From the NCBI GenBank assembly GCA_039803205.1, contig JBDRYB010000015.1, positions 1 to 47,845 of the forward strand: DNA of 47,845 bases, read 5' to 3'. The position numbers and the translations under genes are program-made. Below the pieces are notes generated by a model, which was not told the origin of the DNA, did not search any database, and saw only the letters and a program-made list of their open reading frames with translations. Below are positions 18,415 to 28,360 of this stretch, in pieces (the stretch's first letter is position 1; each line of letters opens with the position of its first letter). This DNA comes from a candidate division WOR-3 bacterium (GTDB lineage Bacteria; Hydrothermota; Hydrothermia; JBDRYB01).

Positions 18415-19690
18415 ACTGGAAAGGCCTCTCATGGGCGAGCTCAGAGGCCCGGACGCTGTTGCAACGGGCGCTTGTGTGGATACGAGGGCTCTCGCTGAGG
18501 GGGACCTCTTCTTCGCGCTCCGGGGCGTGAGGGATGGAGTGGATTTCGTGCCGGAAGCGTTTTCCCGCGGGGCTTCCGGGGCTGTTGTTCCCGTATATTT
18601 CAAGGGGACTGAGAGGCCGATAATAATCGTTGAGGACACCCTCACCGCCCTGGTAAGGCTCGCTTTCTTCCACAGAAACAGGATTGATTCCAGGGTCATA
18701 GCGATAACTGGCTCATCCGGCAAGACCTGCGTTAAGGACATGATAGCCCTTCTTCTCGGAACCAAGTTCTCCGTGTCTGCCAGCCCGCAGAGCTTCAACA
18801 ACCACATAGGCGTTCCTCTCTCCATACTCGCTTCCAATTGCGAGGATTTCCTCGTCCTCGAGATAGGGACGAATCACCCAGGGGAAATAAGGCCTCTCGG
18901 CGGCCTAGCGAGGCCTCATTTTGCCGTAATAACTTCCATAGGAAGGAGCCATCTTGAGGCATTCGGAAACACACATGGGGTAGCGAGGGAAAAATCGGAG
19001 CTCCTCTCGTGCCTTGAAAGGAATGGGATCGCCTTTCTGCCAGAGCGGCTTCTCCACGAGGATATCATCTTATCCGCAGTAAGGCCTGATGTGAGGGTCA
19101 TCCGCTACCAGGCAGAGGACATTGAGGTGAACGGGTCTGGCACCTCCTTTACCTTCAGGGGGGAGAAATTCCGCGTCCCCGTTCCCCATCCCGGCTATGC
19201 CCAGAACGCGGCCTGCGCCATAGCGGTTGCCTTTGAGATGGGCATAGGGCCGGATGCCGCGCGAAAAGCCCTCCTCTCCTTCGTTCCCACCGGCATGCGC
19301 ATGAAAACCGAGCGAATAGGAGAGATAGATGTCATAAACGACGCTTACAATTCAAACCCGGACACGGCTGAGGCATTTGTCCTCTCGCTTTCTCAACCCG
19401 AAAGGACAATACTGGTCCTCGGAGATATGCTGGAGCTCGGGCCAGATTCCCCGCGTTTTCACCGCGAGCTCGGCGAGATCGCGGCCAAGAGGAATTTCAA
19501 GAAGATAATCTGTGTTGGCGACTTGAGCAGAAATACCGCGGATTCCTCCGGGGGCATCTGGTTCCCTGGCCCGGATGAGGCCGCAAAATACCTATCTCAG
19601 ACCCTGAAGCCAGGCGACAGACTCGCCCTAAAGGCATCTAGGCTCATGAGGCTTGAGAGGATACTGGAGGTTCTCAGAGATGTTCTATGA
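18395..19690 (+). CDS. murF: UDP-MurNAc-pentapeptide synthetase
   Basis: ITGSSGKT, SFNNHIGVP, EIGTNHPGEI, INDAYNSNP, LGDMLELG and KASR. Confidence 0.95.
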   Translation: MRYRLAELERPLMGELRGPDAVATGACVDTRALAEGDLFFALRGVRDGVDFVPEAFSRGASGAVVPVYFKGTERPIIIVEDTLTALVRLAFFHRNRIDSRVIAITGSSGKTCVKDMIALLLGTKFSVSASPQSFNNHIGVPLSILASNCEDFLVLEIGTNHPGEIRPLGGLARPHFAVITSIGRSHLEAFGNTHGVAREKSELLSCLERNGIAFLPERLLHEDIILSAVRPDVRVIRYQAEDIEVNGSGTSFTFRGEKFRVPVPHPGYAQNAACAIAVAFEMGIGPDAARKALLSFVPTGMRMKTERIGEIDVINDAYNSNPDTAEAFVLSLSQPERTILVLGDMLELGPDSPRFHRELGEIAAKRNFKKIICVGDLSRNTADSSGGIWFPGPDEAAKYLSQTLKPGDRLALKASRLMRLERILEVLRDVL

Positions 19691-20750
19691 ACTCTTTTAC
19701 CCCCTGACCCCGCATTTCAGCCCGTTTAACCTCTTTCAATACATAACCTTCCGGGCCGCGATGGCCGCCCTCACATCCGGTTTCCTGGTCATGGCGGCCC
19801 TCCCTTGGTTCATAAGGCGCCGCATCCTCCCTGAGCGAATATCGGAGGATGTCCCGCGCGAGCACACCCATAAGGAGGGCATCCCTTCGTCCGGCGGCAT
19901 AGTTATCCTAATGGGAGTATTGATTTCCTCCATTCTTTGGGCGAGACCACAACCTCTGGTCTGGATAGCCCTTTTCTCGGTAGCATACATGGGCATAGTT
20001 GGACTGGTTGATGATCTGATAAAGCGCAGGGGTGATAAGAAAAAAGGGCTTTCCAAGTGGTGGAAGCTGCTGCTGCAGTTCATCTTGAGCGTCTTGGTCG
20101 TATTCGGTCTCGCGTGGGCTTATCCGCAGGGCGCGTTCCTGGTTCAAATGCCATTCGCCAAAAACCTCCTGATCAATATAGGGTATTTCTACGCGCTCTT
20201 TGCTACCCTGCTTTTCGTCTGGACAACGAACTCGGTCAATCTCACCGATGGGCTTGACGGCCTGGCCGCTGGCGCGGCAATGCCTGTCTTTGCCGCTCTT
20301 GGAGCCATTGCCTACGCGGCTGGCCACATAAAGCTATCCTCTTATCTCGCTATTATCTACATACCGGGCGCTGGGGAGCTCGCCGTCATATCCGCTTGCG
20401 TCCTGGGAGCCCTCCTCGGTTTCCTGTGGTTCAACGCTCATCCTGCTCGTGTGTTCATGGGAGACACGGGGAGCCAGGCCATAGGCGCGGCAATGGCGAT
20501 AATAGCGATACTTTCCAAGCACGAGCTCGTGATGATCATTGCTGGAGGGCTCTTCATGGCAGAAACGCTCTCAGTTGCCATCCAGGTCGGATATTTCAGA
20601 TTAACAAAGGGCAAAAGGGTTTTCCTCTGCGCGCCTCTGCATCATCACTACGAATACAAGGGCTGGAAGGAGTCCACCATAGTGACGAGGTTCTGGATAA
20701 TCTCTATACTCTGCTCCCTCTTTGCCCTTTCAACCCTAAAGATAAGATGA
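19680..20750 (+). CDS. mraY: Phospho-MurNAc-pentapeptide transferase
   Basis: YITFR, NSVNLTDGLDGLA, VFMGDTGS and APLHHHYE. Confidence 0.96.
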   Translation: MFYELFYPLTPHFSPFNLFQYITFRAAMAALTSGFLVMAALPWFIRRRILPERISEDVPREHTHKEGIPSSGGIVILMGVLISSILWARPQPLVWIALFSVAYMGIVGLVDDLIKRRGDKKKGLSKWWKLLLQFILSVLVVFGLAWAYPQGAFLVQMPFAKNLLINIGYFYALFATLLFVWTTNSVNLTDGLDGLAAGAAMPVFAALGAIAYAAGHIKLSSYLAIIYIPGAGELAVISACVLGALLGFLWFNAHPARVFMGDTGSQAIGAAMAIIAILSKHELVMIIAGGLFMAETLSVAIQVGYFRLTKGKRVFLCAPLHHHYEYKGWKESTIVTRFWIISILCSLFALSTLKIR

Positions 20751-22045
20751 GCGGTTTCTGGAAAAGCTGGGGAACGCTGAGGGCCACCGTTGTCGGTGGA
20801 GGCAGAGCGGGGATCGCCGCGGCAAGGCTTCTGGAGAGGCTGGGTGCAAGGGTTTTCATTACTGACAGAGCGAGGCTTTCCCCAGGTGTGAGGGGATCTC
20901 TCGGGGAATACGAGGACGGAGGTCACACCCTTAGAGCGCTTTCGGCTGACCTCCTTGTCATCAGCCCCGGGGTTCCACCCTTCAACTGGCTCATCCAAAG
21001 GGCAAGGGACACGCGCATCCCCACAATGGGCGAACTGGAGCTCGCTTGGAGAAACATCTCAGGAAGGGTTATAGCGGTAACAGGAACCAACGGAAAGAGC
21101 ACCACAACAGAGATGATAGCAAGGATGTTCGGTGTCCCCGCTTCCGGCAATGTTGGGCTTCCCCTTTCGTCCCTCGCGCCCGGAAGGGGTGTTTTCGTTG
21201 TAGAATGCTCGTCTTTCCAGCTCGCCCAATCCGATGCCTTCAGGCCATCTCTCGCTTTGATCCTCAACATAGACCAGGATCACCTTGACTGGCACTCCGA
21301 CCTAAACGACTATATAAGGGCCAAAAAGAGGATCTTCGCGAATCAGACAGAGGAGGATCACCTGATCCTGAACGCGGACGATCCGCTAGTAAGGGATGCG
21401 GCAAAAGAGGCCCGAGCCAGGACCTGGTTTTTCAGCCTAAAGGAGGAGGCTGATGCCTGGTTATCTGGTAGGGATCTCTTGATCCTCGGGGAAAGGCTTC
21501 TCAGCTCCTCGGAGCTGAGGGTCGTCGGCCTGCACAATATAGCCAACGCTCTTGCCGCGGCTTTAGCCGCAAGACTCGCCGGCGTGCCATCAGAAAGGAC
21601 AAGGGAGGTGCTTCGGGAATTTGAAGGCCTACCTCACCGCGTTCAATTCGTCCGGGAACTTCGGGGGGTTCGGTTTTACAACGATTCAAAGGGAACAAAC
21701 CCCCACGCTACCCTAGCCGCTCTCTCCGGTTTTGAACGCGATGTGATACTGATAATGGGCGGGCTAGACAAAGGGGTTGATTTCAGCGGAATGCGAGAGG
21801 TGGTCCGGGAAAGGGTAAAGGCCATTATCGCGCTCGGGGCTTGCAGAGAGAAGCTCAGGGATACCTTCTCCGACCTCATTGAGGTGAGCCTCGCTGATGA
21901 CATGAAACAAGCCGTCAGCCTCGCTTTCCGCGCGGCAAAACCCGGAGATGTGGTTCTTTTATCCCCAGCCTGCGCGAGCTTTGACATGTATAAGGACTAC
22001 AAACAAAGAGGGGAGGATTTCCAAAGTGCGGTCAGAGAGCTATAA
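20747..22045 (+). CDS. murD: UDP-MurNAc-L-Ala--D-Glu ligase
   Basis: SPGVP, AVTGTNGKSTT, ECSSFQL, DHLDWH, NDSKGTN and LLSPACASFD. Confidence 0.96.
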   Translation: MSGFWKSWGTLRATVVGGGRAGIAAARLLERLGARVFITDRARLSPGVRGSLGEYEDGGHTLRALSADLLVISPGVPPFNWLIQRARDTRIPTMGELELAWRNISGRVIAVTGTNGKSTTTEMIARMFGVPASGNVGLPLSSLAPGRGVFVVECSSFQLAQSDAFRPSLALILNIDQDHLDWHSDLNDYIRAKKRIFANQTEEDHLILNADDPLVRDAAKEARARTWFFSLKEEADAWLSGRDLLILGERLLSSSELRVVGLHNIANALAAALAARLAGVPSERTREVLREFEGLPHRVQFVRELRGVRFYNDSKGTNPHATLAALSGFERDVILIMGGLDKGVDFSGMREVVRERVKAIIALGACREKLRDTFSDLIEVSLADDMKQAVSLAFRAAKPGDVVLLSPACASFDMYKDYKQRGEDFQSAVREL

Positions 22046-23132
22046 TCCGAACACGCCAAAGCCTGGTCTTGACCTCTGGATAGCGGTCCCAGTGTTCATT
22101 CTGCTGGCTTTGGGTGCGCTTATTGTCTATACATCTTCATCCTACCTGGCTGAGGCCAACGATCTTCCCCAGTTCTATTTCCTGATGAGGCACTTTCTGA
22201 GGCTCTCAGTGGCAGTGGTTGTTCTCATACTCTTCTATGCCGTTCCCTCTGAGATATGGGAGCGTCATGCTGGGAAGGTCTTCTGGATAACCATAGCCCT
22301 CCTCGTTGCTCTGTTTTTCCTGGGGAGGACCGCTTACGGCGCGAAGAGGTGGTTCGTTCTCGGGGGCTTCAGCTTTCAACCATCTGACCTGGCAAAGCTA
22401 GCCCTCGTGATGTTTCTGGCCAGGTTCATGGCCAAAAAGGACATAAGATCCTTCAGGAGCGGCTTCCTCCCCGCAATTGGAGCAACAAGCCTGCTAATTG
22501 GACTCGTCCTACTGGAGCCAGCGGTCTCAACCTCGGCCGTCCTCGCCCTGCTAGGCGTTCTATTGCTTTTCGTCGGTGGGGCGAGGCCCCTTCACATCAT
22601 CCTGACCTGCGCTTTGGCCGCCGGGGTTTTCTTCGCCAGCATCAGGATATTCCCCCACGCGAGGGAGAGGATAGAGGGTTTCACGAAAGGAGGGACATAT
22701 CAGGTAACCCAAGCAAAGATAGGGCTCGCGGAAGGGGGGCTTCTCGGGGTTGGGCCCGGAAACGGAAAGGAGAAGTTCCTTTACCTGCCAAAACCCCACA
22801 CGGATTTCATATACGCTGTTGTCGGAGAGGAGCTCGGCCTCGTTGGTTCTCTTGCTGTTTTAGGCTTGCTCATGCTCATCGTTCTCAGAGGCATCGTGGT
22901 ATCCAACAGGCTCATCCAGCACGATAGGTTCTCGGGGATTCTCGGTTTCGGCGCTTCCGGAACGATCGGGCTTTATGGGCTCGCGCACATGTCGGTGGTT
23001 ATAGGGCTCCTGCCACCCACAGGCCTCGCCTTACCCTTCTTGAGCTACGGCGGAAGCTCCCTGGTGATCTACTCAGGGATGGCCGGACTGCTCCTAAACC
23101 TTTCAAGGAGGTCATCGGGATGGAGCTCTTGA
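22026..23132 (+). CDS. ftsW: SEDS peptidoglycan polymerase FtsW
   Basis: GAKRW, FQPSDLAK, YLPKPHTDFI, GEELG and LPFLSYGGSS. The GTG 22026 start is inferred. Confidence 0.94.
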   Translation: MRSESYNPNTPKPGLDLWIAVPVFILLALGALIVYTSSSYLAEANDLPQFYFLMRHFLRLSVAVVVLILFYAVPSEIWERHAGKVFWITIALLVALFFLGRTAYGAKRWFVLGGFSFQPSDLAKLALVMFLARFMAKKDIRSFRSGFLPAIGATSLLIGLVLLEPAVSTSAVLALLGVLLLFVGGARPLHIILTCALAAGVFFASIRIFPHARERIEGFTKGGTYQVTQAKIGLAEGGLLGVGPGNGKEKFLYLPKPHTDFIYAVVGEELGLVGSLAVLGLLMLIVLRGIVVSNRLIQHDRFSGILGFGASGTIGLYGLAHMSVVIGLLPPTGLALPFLSYGGSSLVIYSGMAGLLLNLSRRSSGWSS

Positions 23133-24175
23133 TAGGAACAGGCGGAACAGGGGGCCACCTTTATCCAGCCCTCGCCCTCGCTGAGGAGGCGGCCCAGAGG
23201 GGCATAAGGACCCTGTTTATCCTTGGCCAGATAAAGGAAGGCGTGATTCAACATGAGATCCCTGGCATCAGGATCCCATCGGGCCCCATATCAGGCGTCC
23301 CTGTTACCAGAAAGCTGATCTCGGGCATCAAAATAGCGTTCGGGACCCTCAGGTGCCTCGCCTTGACCAACCGGGGCCCTCTTATTGCCTTTGGATCGTA
23401 CGCGGTTGTCCCCGCGCTCCTCGCGGCCAGGATCACCAGAAGGAGATACTGGCTCATGGAACAGAATGTTATACCCGGCGCCACAGTGAGGACCTTTGCC
23501 CGCCGCGCAGAGGGCGTGTTCACGACCTTTCAAGAGACCGAGAGGAACCTTCCTGGGGCTAAGTGCATCCTGACGGGTAATCCCCTGCGGAAGGGCCTGA
23601 AAAAAATGGAGAAAACCGAAGCCAAGTCCATCTTTGACTTTGACGAGAGGCCTATGGTCATGGTCATGGGGGGCTCCCAGGGCGCCAGGGCGCTTACAGC
23701 AAAATCCCTTGAAATGACCAGCCTGATGCCGGATGTGCAGTTCCTCATCATAGCGGGCAAGAGGGATTATCCCGTTTTCAGAAAAACCTATCCCGAAAGG
23801 GGAGAAAACTTTCTCTTGGTGGATTACCTTCCGGATGTTTCTCCAGCTTACTCCGGCGCTGATATAGCAGTTGCGAGGGCTGGCGGAGGGGTAGCGCAAG
23901 AGCTCGGGTTCTTTGGCCTGCCAGCCATACTGGTTCCATTTCCCCACGCGGCTGACGATCACCAGTATGCGAACGCGGAGGCTTTGGCTAGGACCGGAGG
24001 GGTTCTCGTCCTCAGGGAGGAGAACCTTTCGGATCTACCCGGATTGCTCAAGGAGCTTCTTGAGGATAGGGAAAGGCTTTCGGCCATGGCCCAGGCGATT
24101 TCGGGTTTCAGTAGGCCGCGGGCCGCGGCTGATGTTCTGGATATCGTTCTGAAACAAACATATGGAGGTCCTTAA
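23120..24175 (+). CDS. murG: Lipid II GlcNAc transferase
   Basis: GGTGGHLYP, EQN, TGNPLR, GGSQGA and LVPFPHAADDHQYANA. Confidence 0.96.
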   Translation: MELLIGTGGTGGHLYPALALAEEAAQRGIRTLFILGQIKEGVIQHEIPGIRIPSGPISGVPVTRKLISGIKIAFGTLRCLALTNRGPLIAFGSYAVVPALLAARITRRRYWLMEQNVIPGATVRTFARRAEGVFTTFQETERNLPGAKCILTGNPLRKGLKKMEKTEAKSIFDFDERPMVMVMGGSQGARALTAKSLEMTSLMPDVQFLIIAGKRDYPVFRKTYPERGENFLLVDYLPDVSPAYSGADIAVARAGGGVAQELGFFGLPAILVPFPHAADDHQYANAEALARTGGVLVLREENLSDLPGLLKELLEDRERLSAMAQAISGFSRPRAAADVLDIVLKQTYGGP

Positions 24176-24856
24176 ATGAACGAGGCTTATAATGCATATC
24201 GGGGAGGGGTATCCCAGCTTTTGGGAGACTCCCTTGTAGATCTCGTCATGTGGAGAGATGAAGGAGGATTGGTAGGCGTTCTCGTTCTGGATGGAGATGC
24301 AGACCTTGACACCCAGACCAGGAGAGCGCTTTCTGAACTGGAAACATCCATACTCCAAGAAACAGGCGTGCATGTGTTGACCCTTGCCATGCCGAAGGGG
24401 GAAGCCGAGAAAAGGAAGAAGAGGATAGCCCTGATGGGAGGCGTCAGGCAAAAGGCCTATCGGGGCCGGAACGACTACCAGACCAGGCGCATGAAGGTCC
24501 TCATTGACCGAGCAGAAAAGAACCTAACTGCCGCTGAAACCCTCACGGATAAAGGTCTATACAACATAGCGGTCTCATCGGCATATTACTCCGCATACCT
24601 CGCGGCTAAGGCCCTCTTGGTCATGGCTGGGGATGAACCTCCGGACGCTCGCAGGTGCTTGGACATGTTCATGGACAAGTTCGTGAGAGCAGGGCTTGTC
24701 CCCAGGGAGCTCTCAACATCCCTAATAATGCTCCGGGATGCGCACACAGAGGCTGAGTTCAGGCTCAGGAAGTTTGGCAAGCATGAGGCGCAAGAGCTCC
24801 TCCTGGAATCCAAGAAGTTCCTGAGAGCCGCGAGGACGATATTGGAGGGAATGTGA
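24176..24856 (+). CDS. Fused degenerate minimal-nucleotidyltransferase-like and HEPN domain protein
   Basis: C-terminal half (RAEKNLTAAETLTDKGLYNIAVSSAYYSAYLAAKALL...FVRAGLVPRELS...EAQELLLESKKFL) matches HEPN. N-terminal half (LGDSLVDLVMW...LSELETSILQETGVHVLTL) resembles MNT without the GS/DxD motif. GGAGG RBS upstream. Confidence 0.75.
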   Translation: MNEAYNAYRGGVSQLLGDSLVDLVMWRDEGGLVGVLVLDGDADLDTQTRRALSELETSILQETGVHVLTLAMPKGEAEKRKKRIALMGGVRQKAYRGRNDYQTRRMKVLIDRAEKNLTAAETLTDKGLYNIAVSSAYYSAYLAAKALLVMAGDEPPDARRCLDMFMDKFVRAGLVPRELSTSLIMLRDAHTEAEFRLRKFGKHEAQELLLESKKFLRAARTILEGM

Positions 24857-26226
24857 TCCTACCGAGAAAAAAATACGAGCGCGTTCACTTCATAGGAATA
24901 GGTGGATCCGGAATGAGCGGAATAGCCGAGGTGCTCCTCAACCTCGGGTTCACCATCACGGGTTCTGACATCTCAAGGCAGGAAACCACAAAGCGGCTTG
25001 AGGAGCTAGGGGCTCGCGTCTTCTATGGACATGACCCCGGGAATCCGGCCGGAGCTGACCTCGTTGTCGTCTCATCAGCCATAAGAGAGGATAATCCCGA
25101 GCTAGTTTCCGCGAGGGAAATGGGCATTCCAATAATACCAAGGGCACAGATGCTCGCTGAGCTGATGCGCGTAAAGTTCTCAATCGCTGTCTCCGGGATG
25201 CACGGCAAATCGACAACCTCCTCCATGATAGCCCATGTTCTCGCGCAGGCGGGTCTCGATCCGACGGTTGTCATAGGCGGAAGGTTCAGGGCAACCGGAA
25301 CGGGCGCGAGGCTGGGACAGGGAGATTACCTCGTCGCAGAGGCGGACGAATCGGACAGGAGCTTTCTAGATCTCTTTCCGACCATTGCAGTTGTCACAAA
25401 CCTTGACCCAGAGCACCTTGACACATACTCCGGACTTGAGGACATATCAGAGGCCTTCATCAAATTCGTTTCCCGCGTCCCGTTCTACGGTGCGGCTGTC
25501 CTGAACCTGGATTCTGACCCTGTCCGAAAGATCATGCCCCTCATTGAGCGCAGGATAATCACATACGGAACAAGTAGGCAGGCTGATGTCTCTGGAAGGG
25601 ATGTTGTTCTTTTAGAGCTAGGCTCGGAGTTCTCGGTTTTCTGGGATGGAGAACACATCATGGATGTCTCCCTCTCGGTTCCGGGAAACCACAATGTCTC
25701 AAATGCTCTTGCGACAATCGCGGTTGCGCTTGAGCTGGAGATACCAACAGAGGAAATAGCCAAGGGCCTAGCGTCATTCTCCGGGGTTGAGCGCCGGTTC
25801 CAGATAAAGGGCGAGAGGGACGGGATCAGGGTTGTTGACGACTACGGCCACCACCCAACGGAGATAAGAGCAACCCTTGAGGCCGCGAGAAACTACTGGA
25901 AGGATGGTAGGATCGTTGTGCTTTTCCAGCCCCACAGGTTCACCAGGACCCTTTACCTTCACAGGGAATTCGGGGGCGCCTTCCTTGAATCCGACCTCCT
26001 CTTCATCTTGCCCATATACCCTGCCGGGGAACAGCCCATAGAAGGCGTCAGCTCAAGGCTCATTTACGACGCCGTAAAGGAGTCCGGGCACAAGGAGGTT
26101 CACCTTCTGGAGGAGACAGACGATGTTTTGGAGGTCCTTGAGGAATTTCTCAGGCCTGGGGACCTGCTCATCACCCTGGGCGCCGGAAATGTTTGGAAGA
26201 TAGGGGAGGCTTTCCTTGAGAGATAG
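24853..26226 (+). CDS. murC: UDP-MurNAc--L-alanine ligase
   Basis: HFIGIGGSGMSG, GMHGKSTT, EADESD, DDYGHHPTEI and FQPHR. Confidence 0.97.
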   Translation: MILPRKKYERVHFIGIGGSGMSGIAEVLLNLGFTITGSDISRQETTKRLEELGARVFYGHDPGNPAGADLVVVSSAIREDNPELVSAREMGIPIIPRAQMLAELMRVKFSIAVSGMHGKSTTSSMIAHVLAQAGLDPTVVIGGRFRATGTGARLGQGDYLVAEADESDRSFLDLFPTIAVVTNLDPEHLDTYSGLEDISEAFIKFVSRVPFYGAAVLNLDSDPVRKIMPLIERRIITYGTSRQADVSGRDVVLLELGSEFSVFWDGEHIMDVSLSVPGNHNVSNALATIAVALELEIPTEEIAKGLASFSGVERRFQIKGERDGIRVVDDYGHHPTEIRATLEAARNYWKDGRIVVLFQPHRFTRTLYLHREFGGAFLESDLLFILPIYPAGEQPIEGVSSRLIYDAVKESGHKEVHLLEETDDVLEVLEEFLRPGDLLITLGAGNVWKIGEAFLER

Positions 26227-26258
26227 GGCTCAGATGATTAGCAACCAGGGGCCAAAGC

Positions 26259-27128
26259 ATGGTTGATATAAAACGCGATGTGATCCTGGGTCCCTTGACC
26301 AGCTTTGGGATAGGCGGACCAGCGCAGTTCTATGCGGAGCCAGCCACACCGGAGGAGCTCAGTGAGTGCCTAGATTTTGCAAAAGCAAACGGGCTACCTG
26401 TTTCTGTTCTCAGCTTCGGAACAGATGTTCTCATAGCGGATGAGGGTGTCCCTGGCCTCCTCATCTCAATGAGGAGAATGAAGGGCATAAGCATAGACAG
26501 AGGGCTTTTAATAGCTGGTTCAGGAGAAGGACTGGCGAGGGTGTGTCTCTTTTCGGCAGAGCTAGGGCTTTCTGGAACAGAGGAGCTATACGGCATACCA
26601 GGCGCGATCGGGGGCGCTGTCGCCAAGAACGCTGGGGCATATGGCAGGGAGATGGCTGAAGTGGTAGAATGGGCAGAGGTAATGGGTTATAACGGCAAAG
26701 TAATCCAAATAACAAAAGAGGAGCTGGGAATGGGATACAGGACATCCAGACTTCCCGAAATTGGGATACTCGTGAGGGTGGCACTGAAGCTGGAAAGGGG
26801 AGACCCAACGAAGCTCAGGAGCACCATGTATTATTACAACGAGAAGAGAAAGCGCCACCAGCCAATAGGCCAGCGTAGCGCTGGATGCGTCTTCAAGAAC
26901 CCGCCCGGCGCTCACGCGGCAGTCTTGATTGAAGCCGCTGGCCTCAAGGGCAAGAGGGTTGGAGACGCTATGGTCTCCCCTGTCCACGCGAACTTCATAG
27001 TGAATGTTGACCAAGCTACTGCCAGGGATGTCCTGGAGCTCATTGAGATGATAAAAGCAAGGGTTCGCGAGCTCCACGGGGTGGAGCTTGAAACAGAGAT
27101 AGAGTTTATGCCAGGAGGCAAGATATGA
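26259..27128 (+). CDS. murB: UDP-N-acetylenolpyruvoylglucosamine reductase
   Basis: TSFGIGGPA, GIPGAIGGAVAKNAGAYG, YRTS, SAGCVFKNP and HANFIVN. Confidence 0.95.
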   Translation: MVDIKRDVILGPLTSFGIGGPAQFYAEPATPEELSECLDFAKANGLPVSVLSFGTDVLIADEGVPGLLISMRRMKGISIDRGLLIAGSGEGLARVCLFSAELGLSGTEELYGIPGAIGGAVAKNAGAYGREMAEVVEWAEVMGYNGKVIQITKEELGMGYRTSRLPEIGILVRVALKLERGDPTKLRSTMYYYNEKRKRHQPIGQRSAGCVFKNPPGAHAAVLIEAAGLKGKRVGDAMVSPVHANFIVNVDQATARDVLELIEMIKARVRELHGVELETEIEFMPGGKI

Positions 27129-28342
27129 AAACACAGGAAGGAATTTTGGGAATTGACCTGGGTTCGGGTTTCATCCGCTGTGTCGCGGGGGAGGTGAGGG
27201 ATGGCCGGGTCTTCATAACGGGCGCGGCTCAGGTCCCATCCAGGGGCATAAGGGGAGGCGTTATAGTCAACATGGACAGGGCAAGCGCCTGCATAAAGGC
27301 TGTGGTGGCCGAGACATGCAGGATCGCGGATCTGAAGCCCGAAAACCTCATTCCGGCCGCTGGAATAACAGGGCGCTACATATACTCCAAGGGCTCATCG
27401 GGCCTCGTTACCGTGAAAAAGGGCAAGCCCATAAGGGAAGAGGATGTGAAGCGGGTCCTTGAGCAGGCAAAATCCATATCCCTTCCAGCCGGGCACGAGA
27501 TAATATATGTGCACCCGAACCAGTATGCGGTTGATTCCACAAGGGGCATAAGGAATCCAATCGGTCTTGCTGGCATAAGATTGGAGCTTGAGGCTTACAT
27601 AATCACAGCAGACAGGGTCTTCCTTGAGAACATAACCGCGTGCCTTTCTGGCGCTGGCATACACCAACCCCTGTTCTTCTTTCAGCCCATCGCGGCCTCG
27701 TATGGGGTTATGGACGACGAGGACTTTGAGGAGGGAGCGGTGCTTCTTGACATAGGCAGAACCACCACGGGTGTGGCTGTCTGGCAGGATGAGATGCTCC
27801 TGAATGTTGATGTGATAGAGCTTGGGGGCGATTACATCACGGAGGCCATAGCCTCTGAGTTCCCGATGAGCCAGGCAACCGCTTCTCACCTCAAGGAAAA
27901 ATACGGGGTTGTAGGGGGTTATTACACGGTTGATGAAACAGAGGAGATAACGGTTAGGGACCCGAAGAGAGGGGTTGAATACAAGGTGGACAGGAAACGC
28001 CTCTCTGTGGTCATAGAGCAAGCAGTTGGTGACCTCCTCATGCGAATAAAGGACGAGCTTGAGCGGGCAGGGCTTTACCGGGTCACGAGGGCTGGGACCC
28101 CGATTCTCCTCGTCGGAGGCACATCCACCCTCCCCGGCGCGAGGGAAATGGCAGAAGAGATATTCAATCTGCCCGCCACGGTCGCGACGCCGAGAGGGGT
28201 TGAGCCGTTCTCAGATACGGTGGCCGGGCCGGATTTCGCTGTTTCGGCCGGGCTTTTGAAGATGGCCGGAGCCAGTGTGATAAAACCACGGCCCCGGTGG
28301 GCCTTTAAGCAATTCTGGGAGAACATAAAAGATATGTTTTAG
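27125..28342 (+). CDS. ftsA: Cell division protein FtsA
   Basis: GIDLGS, RGIRGGVIVNM, IRNPIGLAGIRLE, LLDIG.TT and LGGDYIT; directly upstream of ftsZ. Confidence 0.93.
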   Translation: MKTQEGILGIDLGSGFIRCVAGEVRDGRVFITGAAQVPSRGIRGGVIVNMDRASACIKAVVAETCRIADLKPENLIPAAGITGRYIYSKGSSGLVTVKKGKPIREEDVKRVLEQAKSISLPAGHEIIYVHPNQYAVDSTRGIRNPIGLAGIRLELEAYIITADRVFLENITACLSGAGIHQPLFFFQPIAASYGVMDDEDFEEGAVLLDIGRTTTGVAVWQDEMLLNVDVIELGGDYITEAIASEFPMSQATASHLKEKYGVVGGYYTVDETEEITVRDPKRGVEYKVDRKRLSVVIEQAVGDLLMRIKDELERAGLYRVTRAGTPILLVGGTSTLPGAREMAEEIFNLPATVATPRGVEPFSDTVAGPDFAVSAGLLKMAGASVIKPRPRWAFKQFWENIKDMF

Positions 28343-28360
28343 AAAAAAGGAGAGCTTGAG

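Noticed and set aside
20396..20746. N-terminal extension of the murD ORF, and similar extensions for gltX, murE, rsmH and gyrA
   Set aside because: Extensions overlap upstream genes or promoters; downstream starts fit family N-termini and stop/start coupling.
14001..28326. Long antisense or alternate-frame ORFs over dcw genes (e.g. 14001-14711, 18214-18837, 23291-23962, 27395-28021)
   Set aside because: They shadow well-supported conserved genes and show no domain motifs; expected from codon bias.
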